Shown here: one piece after another, positions 12,309 through 23,028 of the stretch
Layout: every line of letters starts with the position of its first letter
Numbering within the stretch: the first letter of the stretch is position 1
From: the human T2T-CHM13v2.0 reference genome, Homo sapiens
Length of the DNA stretch: 64,000 bases
Assembly: GCF_009914755.1 (NCBI RefSeq)
Contig: NC_060930.1
Direction: 5' to 3' (one strand)
Made by a program: the position numbers and the translations under genes
The notes under the pieces: generated by a model
The model's database searches: none
Told to the model about the DNA's origin: nothing
The model's input: only the letters and a program-made list of their open reading frames with translations

Positions 12309-15300
12309 GGGTCAAACTGATGTACTAGAAGCAAGAAGCTCATGTGTACTGCTCTCATGGAGAGGAAAGAAAAGGGCTAGTGAACACTGACCCAACGAGC
12401 TGATCACTTAAGAAATCGCTTTGGGATCCATCAAGGCAGGAAGAGGACACAGCAGAGAAGAACAAAGCTGGGCAGTAGCCCTTATGGAATCAATGTGTAG
12501 ACAGGAGAAGCTCCCCATATGGGAAAGGGTAAGTGACTAGGAGTCCCATGGGAGATTCACACTCTCTTGACAGGGACCTGTGCAAGACTAGGGATGGGAA
12601 AATGCCCCGGCCCCACTGCATTACACCACACACTTCTAAACTGAGGCAGAGAACTACCAGTAGTTTTGGCAAAGGTAAGTCTCAAGTCCACAGAGGCCTC
12701 TGAAGCCTTAGACCCTGGAACAGACTAGCACCAGTGCCACAGCCCTGACGGAAGCCACAGTTGCAATGTGTGGGAGCAGTAAGATTGATCCATCCACCCT
12801 CACCAGACAAAGCTTGAGGCCAGCTTCTGTCCCAGTGGTCCCTCTTCTGCTTGAACTCAGCTAGCAGGTACAGCCTTCTTACAGTCTTAGAAAATACCCA
12901 GATAGCAGGGCAGGTGACTTCACCTACCCCAAACACTGGTAGCAATGTGCGCCACGCCTGCTAGATCTTTTAGCCCACTGTCTTACTTCTGTCCAAAATC
13001 TGTGGGAAGGCACAATCGTGTTCCCTGGGGAAGCACCCAGACAGTCATCTGACCCCACCCACTCCCACAGCACCTAGCTGAGTGGGACCTGCCAGCTTGG
13101 TTGGTGACTAAGCAGGGAGGAGCCTTCACTGAAAGAAGTGAGACACCTGTGTTCACAGGCTGGTGGAGGATCAGGGCATGTCTCCCTCCACAAGGCCAAC
13201 TACAGCCTGTCTATGGACCACTGCCGCTACCTGAGAAAGCCCCATGGACCAAAACATCCAGCAGAAGAAACGCAGGGATGGAGCTTGATTGAAGGGGGCT
13301 CCTCCAAGGCCTGGGAGCAGACTGTGTGAGTGGGCCATCCCTCTCCAAAGCATCACAGAGAACTACTGCCAACTGTGCCAAAAAACAGAAGAACCACGCA
13401 GGACAGTAAGAGCCTATCCGCTGGCTAACACTCTTAAGTGCCACCTACTGGACTGTGGCCAAAAAATACAGGACTGAAATATTTTGCCAGGATATCCCAG
13501 CCAACACATGTGCACCCTGCTATACCACCATGGCTGCTGGCACATGAGAACAACCATGGATCCCACTGCCACCACCCTGATGAAGTACTTTGGCTGGCAC
13601 TCCCCATCAAACAGTTGTGGCCACAAACCAGGATCACGTTATCCTCCCCAGCACAGCAGGTTCCTAAACCTCAAGGGGCCAGAGAACAAAGATGGGGACC
13701 TGGGTACCAGCCCACTCAAGGTAAGAGCATGTAGCCCAGGAGTGCAGAACTGAGCTGTGGCCCCCTGAAATATTCCAGAATCAAAGCCAGTTGACTGAAC
13801 CCGCCTTATACCAAAGTCAAAATGCCAAGGGCATCAAAGAAGATAAACGCAAAAAAAAAAAAAAAACCAACCAAAGGACAGTGACTTCAAATATTAAAGG
13901 ACCATTTACCCACACAGAGAGAAAGAACCAGTGTAAGAACCCTGGCAACTCAAAAAACCAGAGTGTCTTCCTACCTCCAAACAACTTAATTAGTTCCCCA
14001 ACAATGGTTCTTAACCAGGCTGAACTGGGTGAAATGGCAGATACAGAATTCAGGGTATGGATAGGAATGAAGATCATAGAGATTCAGGAGAAAGTCAAAA
14101 TCTATTCCAAGGAATCTAAGGAATACAAAAAAAGAACCAAGTAATCTGATAGAGCTGAAAAACGGACTACAAAAATTTAATAATACAATCACAAGTATTA
14201 ACAACAGAATAGACCAAGCTGAGGAAAGAATCTTAGAGCTCAAACACTGGTTGTCCAAATCCACTCAGTCAGACAAAAATTAAAAAAAAAAGAATAAACA
14301 AATATGAACAAAACCTCTTATAATATGGGATTATGTAAAGAGATCAAAACTACAACTCACTGGCATCCCTGAAAGAGAGAGAGAAAGCAAGCAACTTGGA
14401 AAATGTATTTGAGGATATTGTCCGCAACAATGTCCCCAACCTTGCGAGAGGCCAACATCCAAATTCAGGAAATGCAGAGAACCACTGTAAGATACTATAG
14501 AAGATGACCATCCCCAAGACACATAGTCATCAGATTTTCAGTCAAAATAAAATAAAATAAAAGATATTAAAGGCAGCTAGAGAAGGGGCAGGCCACCTAC
14601 AAAGGAAACCCGATCTGGCTAACAACAGTCCTATCAGCAGTAACCCTGTAAGCCAGAAGAGATTGAGGGCCTATATTCATCACTCCTAAAGAAAATAAAC
14701 TACAACCAATAATTTCATTTCCTACCAAAATGAGCTTCATAAGCAAAGGAGAAATAAGATTCTTTTGAGACAAGCAAATGCTAAGGAAATTCATTAATAC
14801 CAGACCTGCCTTACAAGAGGACCTTAATAGAATACTAAATATGGAAACAAACGACCATTATGCACCACCACAAAAACACACTTAAGTACATAGACCATTT
14901 ACACTATCAAGCAACTACACAATCAAGTCTGCATAATAACTACCTAATAACATGATGACAGGATCAAATCACACATATCCAAACTAACCTTGAATATAAA
15001 TGGGTGAAATGCCCCAACTAAAAGGCACAGAACGGCAGATTGGATAAAAAAGCAAGACCCAACTGTATGTTCCTTGAAGAGACCCATCTCACATGCAATG
15101 ACATCCATAGGCTCAAAGTAATGGGATGGAGAAAAATCTACCAAGCAAATGGAAAGCAAACAAACAAACCAAAAATCAGGGGTTGCTACTCTAATTTCAG
15201 ACAAACAAACTTTAAGCAAACAAAAATCAAAAGAGAAAAAGAAGTACATTATATAATAGAAGGGTTCAATTCAACAAGAAGACTTAATTATCCTAAGCAT

Positions 15301-17280
15301 ATATGCATGCAACATAGGAGTACCCAGATTAATAAAGCAAATTCTTAGAGGCCTACAAAGAAACCTAGATAACCACACAACAATAGTGGGAGACTCCAAC
15401 ACACCACTGACAGTACTAGACAGATCATCGTGGCAGAAACTAACAAAGATATTCAGAACCTGAACTCAACACTTGGCTAAATGAACCTAATAGACATCTA
15501 AAGAACTCTCTACCCCAAAATTTCAAAATATATATTTCTCTCTGCACATGGCACTTTAAAATTGACCACACAATTGGCCATAAAACAATCCCCAGCAAAC
15601 TGAAAAAAAAAAAAAAAAAAAAAAACCTGGAATCATACCAAGCATGCTCTTGGACCACAGCACAATAAAAATACATATCAATGCTAAGAAGATTGCTCAA
15701 AATCACAGAATTACGTGGAAATTAACCTGCTCCTGAATGACTTTTGAGTGAACAATGAAATTAAGGCAGAAATCAAGAATTTCTTTGAAACTACTGAGAA
15801 CAAAGATAGAACATACAAGAGTCACTGGGACACAACTAAAGCCTTATTAATAAGAAAGTTTATAGTGCAAAATGCCCATATCACATAACTAGGAAGATCT
15901 CAAATTAGCAACCTAACATGACACCTAGAGGAAGTAGAGAAACAAGAGCAAACCAACATCAAAGCTAGCAGAAGACAAGGAATAAACAAAACCAGGCCTG
16001 AACTGAAGGAAGTTGTAACATGCAAAAAACACAAATGTTCGCGTCCAGGAGTTGGTTCGCTGAAAGAGTAAATAAGATAAACCACTAGCTAGACTAATAA
16101 AGAAAAAAAAAAAAGAGATGATCCAAGTAAACATAAACAAATAACAAAGGGGACGTTACCACTTTAGGGATCCCACAGAAATACAAAAACCTTCAGAGAC
16201 TATTAAAAACACCTCTATACACACATATGCTAGAAAACTTGGAAGAAACTGGTAAATTCCTGGACACATACAACCTCCCAAGATAGAACAAGGGAGAGAC
16301 TGAATCCCTAAACAGACCAATAATGAGTTCCAAAATTGAATCAGTAATAAACAGACTACCAACCAGAAAAAGCCCAGGACCAGTTGGATTCACATCCAGA
16401 TTTTACCAGATGTATAAAGAAGAGCTGGTCCCATTCCTACTGAAACTATTCCAAACTCTAACTCAGTCTATGAGTCCAGCATCATCCTGATACCAAAACC
16501 TGGAAGAGACACAAAGAAAACTATTAAAACTTCAGGCCTATATCCTTGATGAACGTAGATGCAACAGTCCTCAACAAAATACTAGCAAACCAAATCCAGC
16601 AGCAGGTTAAAAAGCTAATATTCCACAATCAGGTAGGCTTTATCCCTGAGAAGCAAGGTTGGCTTAACATATGCAAATCAATAAATGTGATTATTCACAC
16701 AAATTAAAATAAAAAACCATATGATCATTTAAATAGACACACAAAATTATTTCAATAAAATTCAACATCCCTTCATGTTAAAAACCCTGAACAGACTAAG
16801 CATTGAGGGAATATATTTCAAAATAATAAGAGCCATCTATGAAAAACCCACAGCCAACATACTGAATGGGCAAAAGCTGGAAGCACTCACCTTCAAAACC
16901 AGAACAGACAGTGACACCCTCTCTCACTACTCATATTCAACATAATACTGGAAACTCTGGCCAGGGAAATCAGGCAGGAAGAATAAATAAAAGACATGCA
17001 AATAGAAAGGGAGAAAGCCAAACTATCCTTATTTTCAGATGATATGATACTGTACCTATAAAGCCCCATAGTCTCTTCTCAAAAGCTCCTAGATCTGATA
17101 AGGAACTTAAGCTAAGTTTCAGGATACAAAATCAATGTACAAAAATCAGTAGTAGCATTTCTATACACCAACATCAAAGCTAAGAATCATATCAATAATG
17201 CAATCCCATTCACAATGGCCATAAAAAAACTAGAAATACAGTTAAACAAAAAGGTGAAAGATCTCTATAATGAGAATTAT
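12309..17280 (+). mobile_element. L1P4-group (L1PA13-16-like) LINE-1: 5' UTR, ORF1 and ORF2 EN/RT part; 3' end missing; inactive
   Basis: 5' UTR motif ACTAGAAGC...GCTCTCATGGAGAGGAAA. ORF1 remnants at ~13900-14870. ORF2 starts ATGATGACAGGATCAAAT at ~14952, with endonuclease peptide KKARPNCMFLEETHLTCNDIHRLKVMGWRKIYQANG. The degenerate RT core (F-S-D-D-M) is near 17035. Many stops and frameshifts. Confidence 0.9.
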
Positions 17281-18399
17281 ATATTTATATTATAAAAATA
17301 TAAAGCCAAATACGAAAAACTGCTCAAAATAATTTAATATTATAATATGACATATTTCCCCAAGTTAAATTATTAAACGTAAAGCACCAGGGCTAGATAA
17401 ATCATTCTTAAAGAGCATTTTTATAATTTTTATAAATTAAATTTTAAACTTCATTCAATTTCTTGTAGCATTCAACTAAGTCAGCAGATTAACTTGAATT
17501 TGGAGAGTAACTGAAACACAATCTATCCAAAAAAAGTCATGTAGTAAAGTCTTGAGAGGGCCATTTCCCCAAGAATTCCCATAGTCATTTATTGCTCTTT
17601 GAGAGGACTGTGTCATCATCACATTAATTATTGGTACAGACAGCAGTTGTCAAGGGGAGAAATGGTTCTGAGAGAAAGCTGTATAAAAGAAGTCTTTCAC
17701 CAGTGTGGCCCCCTGAAGGATAAATCACTTTTTTATTATAAAAGATTAAATTTTAAATCCATAAATACTGTTGTGTTCTGCTTAACAGCTCATAGTATTA
17801 CACCACATCACATATTTTACAGATCATAAATGTACATCAAATACAGATGAAGTTTAGTGATCATAATCTTAACTATCTCACTGATATTTTTCTAAGAAGT
17901 GGAAAATGAACAGCAGGAAAAAAATCACAACTTTTGTAATAAAATATGGTTTGTTTTCAAAAGATTATTAAATATAATAAGACATAGTTTGTTTTCAAAA
18001 TATTATGATTTATTGTTGTACTATAAAAACCAGAACAAGGTAGGTCAACTTTGATAAGCGAGTATAAATCTGCTTCTCAGAATTTCACTCTTTTTCTATC
18101 AAAAAGCTCTAAAGTTATCTTATGTGTGATAATTAGGTGAAATGAATATTCCTTTAAAAATAAAGGAGTTTGGCAGGCTATTCATAAGTTAAAGAAATGG
18201 TAAATTTTCTCAAGCATGAATTGTTATTTGAGACTATCCCATAAAACTATTATATTAAACATCAGGTGTTATCATTTTTCACATTCTTCCACACTTAACA
18301 TGAAAAAGTAATGCAAATATGTGGGCATGATCAGTCAAGTTAAAAATGTAATGGTTCACCGAAAATGAAGAATCTAAAATTATAGTAACTGCACTAAAG

Positions 18400-18526
18400 A
18401 TTTCCATCTATAACAGAAGCATGACCTTGAGCAATTCATACTTTTTCAGTTGCCTCATCTATAAAATAAAAGTTTTATATATTCTGTGATTTCCAAGATT
18501 AGTTCCAGCCTAAGCATTCCATGATT
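18400..18526 (+). mobile_element. MIR3-like fragment
   Basis: ATGACCTTGAGCAATTCA..CAGTTGCCTCATCTATAAAATA...TTCCAGCCTAAGCATTCCATGATT. Confidence 0.65.
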
Positions 18527-20090
18527 TTAAAAATTATAAGAGAGACAATAGTTTGCTGGTGATCCGTGGTCCACGGCAGTTAAGAATAAGCAGTTTTATT
18601 GTTGGAGCATTTTCTTATACATTACAAAATAAAACTTCACACAAAAATTTGACATCATAGAATATTCTTATTTCGGTATTCATCATTCTGAATCAAACAT
18701 AGATCTGGTAATAATCAGCATAAAACCACTCATATGGGAACTTAAAGAGCCATCAAGACTTTAAATGCCTTACATACCTTGCCAGCTTAATTTGATCAGA
18801 GACTATAGAACTACATTTTTATTTAGAGGCAGGTATTAAGTCTGTCATTGACTTTCCCATATCCAGAGATAAAAATATGTTATTCCAAGAAACATCATCA
18901 AGTTATACCATATTTAAATGTATGATTTATGAAAAGAAACTTCTATTCAAGACTGTAACTGGTTAATTGATCAAGTGAAAAAGGACACATTATTCTTTAT
19001 ACTCCAACATATTTCTACCTTATTTCACTACTATGCAAATTTTTCATGTACATTTCTAAGACTGCCCAATTTAATATTCAAGAGAACATGATTATAAAGC
19101 AAATCTAATAAAGTTTATTTTAAAAACATATACCTATGTAACACAGCTTTCATGCAATAGAGTCTAGCTCAAAAAAATTCCATGCCCAAAATACTTCATC
19201 TCAAAGATAAATTTTATGGTTTGCTGGGCTTTAACAATTTTATCCCTGTTTGAAATAATTGTAGACAAAGCATCTAGTTAATTATATTTACTAAAGTTTA
19301 TCATATTAGAAGACAATTGGTAAACCAGAGCATTTATTTCTGTAATCGTTACTATTAGGATAATTACATGGTCCTTGCTTCACATTCACTCTTCAGAAAG
19401 TAAATTATCAGCTTGAATCTTTGAGTTTACATTTTAGTTTCCTTCATTCATTTGACCAAAAAAAATCCCTCTGTTTACCCATTGAAATGTATGAATATAA
19501 TTGATAAAACCATGCCACTGAATGCTATCTTTTATAATCAATGATCTATTGGTGAAAAAATAGTTTAAAGAAAGATGTAACATTAAGAATGATATCATAA
19601 TTATTTTATGAATAAACTTTGATTATAGAAGACTATAGGTTATAATCTAAGAGTCTAATAACCACCATGTGACTTTCTTAGATATATTAGTAATAATTCC
19701 CTGCTGATTTTCTAATGTTACATATTTAGTATCATTAACTCTACTCCGTTTTATAGTAAGGATATACATTTTAACATGAACCAAAGATAATCAAGTGGGT
19801 GTACATATTTGGAAAAATTGATATATCATTTATATTTTGAATAAATGATTAAAATATCTGATTATGCCTCCTACATTCACAGAACAAAAATGCTGTAGCC
19901 TTCAGTTGAAAATTACCCTCATCATTGCACTTTCAAAAGTTTTCCTTCCCCTATGTCAGTATCATGTGCTTGCATACACTTACATTATGAAGCTTCAAAT
20001 ATTTATTTTATAAAAGTGAATAATTAAAATATCGTCTTCTTTTATCATTTCTAAATCAATTATATGAGAACAAAGTATATATGGTAGTAC

Positions 20091-20218
20091 CTTTGGATAT
20101 TGCTTGACAGGAATCAGTACTCTTTCTGAGAGCTTTATGTTTTTGTTGCTGATGACATCAAGATACTTCTTTTCTTCGTCTTCCTTTTTTCCATCAGAAC
20201 CTTGAAACTTTTCAATTT
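20091..20218 (-). CDS. KHDRBS2: KHDRBS2 (SLM-1) internal coding exon (exon 2, 128 nt; end of QUA1/NK region and start of KH domain)
   Basis: Translation (G|AA)[42 protein letters not shown] matches recalled KHDRBS2 residues ~31-73. Acceptor is TTTTCTTCTTGTGATTTTCTTCCAG (AG at 20220-20219). Donor is AAG|GTACTA (GT at 20090-20089). The exon starts in phase 1 and ends in phase 0. Confidence 0.96.
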
Positions 20219-20869
20219 CTGGAAGAAAATCACAAGAAGAAAACAAGTGAAATGAGGAACAATGTTATCATAAATATGCTGAAAAATGTTATCATAAATA
20301 ATATTCATATTACTCCTCTTCTCAAATAAGATTTTGATGAATATTGATAAAAGGCCTGAAACAGCATCTCACCAACAGTTATGTGAATGCTGCTACTGTA
20401 TGTAAGAGAACCTCTGTCAACTCAAACTAAAAAGCGATAATTGAAGATGTGACTGTCTTCTGTGAAAAAATTGATGAATTTAATTAATTTTTAATATCTT
20501 CAAACACAACAAAAAGGTAATATATGCCCTTTGACTATTTAAACTATTTTAGCAAACTTAATTTTTTCCAGGAGCAATAAATAGAACAAAATACATTTTA
20601 AGGATATATGCTTTATTTTTACTCAGAATTATTCCTAAGAAAATAAAAATAATTAAAATGGTAATTATTCAGTTAGCTAAAATAGGTAGTAAAGAGAAAT
20701 TGCATGATATTTCACTAGGAATCATAGAAAAGTCATATAAATGATTAAATCTATAAATGCTAACATTCATATTCATCAATAAGACATTATATAGGTGTTT
20801 AAGAAAAATATTAGAATATTACCAAATTCGATATTTTGGAGCATACTTATCCACTCTTTCATTTTTGAA

Positions 20870-21510
20870 TCAATTTATTCCATAAAAAATATTAAATCTC
20901 TACTAGGTACCAGAAATACAACAGAAAACAATAAAATGTCTCTGTTTTTATAGACTCTATATTCTAATGTGGAAAAGGAACAGTGAGAAAATGAATATAT
21001 GGGCACACATACAGTTATGGCTGGGGGCAAATAATAAACACAATATGCTGTTAAGAATACAAAGGAGACTCAAGCAGTGGCTATTACTTCAGATTTGAAG
21101 GGTGATATTTGATCAAAGCCCTGAATGACAGAGAAGAATAAGCCATGAGAAGACTAAGAAGAGCTTAACAGTCTGATGAAAACCAAGCTTTGCTTGCTCT
21201 TGGAATAGAAGAAGCAAGAAAGCCTGTGTGGCTGAAGAATAGTGAATGTGGAAAAAAGGCTTGGTAAGTGATTATAGGACAGATCATGTAAGAACCTGTA
21301 GAATACATGATGTTTTCTGCTTTATATTGTGACTGCAATGGTAAGCCTCTGGATCACTTTGAAGAGTAAAGGAAGGCAGCCACATTGTATTTTTATTTTT
21401 AAAGATAACATAGTATGTAATATGCAAAATCAATCACAGCAGAAGGCAAGCAAAAAAGGAAACCAACTTACATTTGTCTAGTTGAGAAACGAGGCTGACA
21501 AAGTAGGAAT
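20870..21510 (-). mobile_element. L2 fragment
   Basis: Degenerate reverse L2 3' end and body (GGTGATATTTGATCAAAGCCCTGAATGA; TGCAATGGTAAGCCTCTGGA). Confidence 0.6.
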
Positions 21511-22914
21511 GAGACGTTAAAAGACTGTGTAGTTACAACTACAGTCATCTCATGCAATGCACTATGTAAAATAAGTGTTTTGGAGAATTGTTAAAAATTC
21601 ATTTTAAAAATTACCTTTATGTTTTTTATATAGTTATTATAATGATCATAACATAATCAGTAAATATTTCTTTTTGTTCTTTGCTCTTAGTCAATGTACT
21701 AAAATACTAACTAAGATAAGAATGTGACAGTGTTTTACTTTTGCTATGGATAGAACAAAACATTATACTTTTGTTATTTTGGAGTAGAGAAAAGGTGATG
21801 ATAGTTATTAAGTATGAACATGTTTCATATAAATTTATTTATATTGCATTTTACAACAATTATCTTTTAAAGGTCTGACTATTTCCAAAGGTAAGGGGAA
21901 TATATATTTTATCTAATAGTTTTGTTTTTTGTTATTCTATCTTTAACTAACATTTTTCCCCCAAATGTTTTCAAATGGCTTAAAGAAAAATTCCTAAAAC
22001 ATTTCAATTAGTAATCTTTTCGCATACTATTTATTTGGGCTGTGTGGAATTTAAAAGAATTATTTTGGAGTAATATTACATTACTTACCCAGGTAATACC
22101 TGAGTGAAATCTACACTGCATAATTTTTACGAAGTCATTTATAATCATCTTATCAGTTACACGGTACAATTTCCCTAAAGACAAGTATCTTGAACTAAAC
22201 TGAATTGTTTGAAAATAAGTTATATGTCTATAATTTCTACTTAGTGTGATAACATCAGATTCCTATATTCTACATGGAAGTATTAACAAGCCACTTTAAC
22301 TAACTGACTTGTTAAATTGAAAATCACTTTATTCCAACCTTTCCATCCCTTATATAATTAATACAACCACAATTATGATAATTGCAAAGAAAATCCATTC
22401 ATCATGTCCTCTGATACTAAGAATAAACTTTTGATCACTGCCCTATGGGTGTATACACCTACATAATGTCATACTTTGTAGCTTGCTGAGGTAATCGTAA
22501 TGTGGAACACAGTGAAGAAGCTGACTCAATTCCTGATCTATAATACATATGGCTTCTCCCTTGTTACTTTTTCATAAAAATAAATTGAATTTGTCTGAAA
22601 TTATTTGTCAACCACAAAACTACTACCTTAGGCTTTTTTAGACATCTGCAATTTGATCAGGCCAGGATTAATTCTAATAACCTTTCCATCAAGAAATGGA
22701 GTTAAATGAAATATCATTTCCACTGCTATTTCTGTTCAATTCTACAATTTTCTTCTGAAGTTTTTTGGTATTATTTTGCCCTCCTAATACTTTCAGGGAG
22801 TTATCTTGTCTTCTTTGGCATATCTCCATGACTAATAGATCAATACTTGTATTTGTCAAATGCATAGTAACAAAATGGTATATGCCAAACTTGCCTGAGT
22901 TTAAAACCAAAGAA

Positions 22915-23028
22915 AGCTTCATCCATGTCTCTGCGAAGGACATGAACTTATCATTTTTTATGACTGCATAGTAAACCATCATCCTCAGCAAACTAACACA
23001 AGAACAGAAAACCAAACACTACATGTTC
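22915..23028 (+). mobile_element. Tiny 5'-inverted L1PA fragment (inverted 22915-22973, forward 22974-23028)
   Basis: The reverse complement of TACTATGCAG...GGATGAAGCT abuts forward AACCATCATCCTCAGCAAACTAACACAAGAACAG. These two segments are adjacent in the L1PA consensus. Confidence 0.85.

Larger units (their letters stand above)
1..20090 (-). other. KHDRBS2: KHDRBS2 intron 2 (5' part; exon 3 lies beyond the window)
   Basis: Begins at the GT donor at 20090. The exon-3 peptide (FNFVGKLLGPRG...) was not found in the window. Confidence 0.85.

Noticed and set aside
13791-16393. ORFs of 60-117 aa in the first long L1
   Set aside because: They are degraded L1 ORF1/ORF2 remnants and their antisense frames.
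20219-20246. N-terminal extension MFSSCDFLP of the ORF spanning exon 2
   Set aside because: This is the intronic polypyrimidine tract read in frame from a non-ATG start; the true exon begins at 20218.
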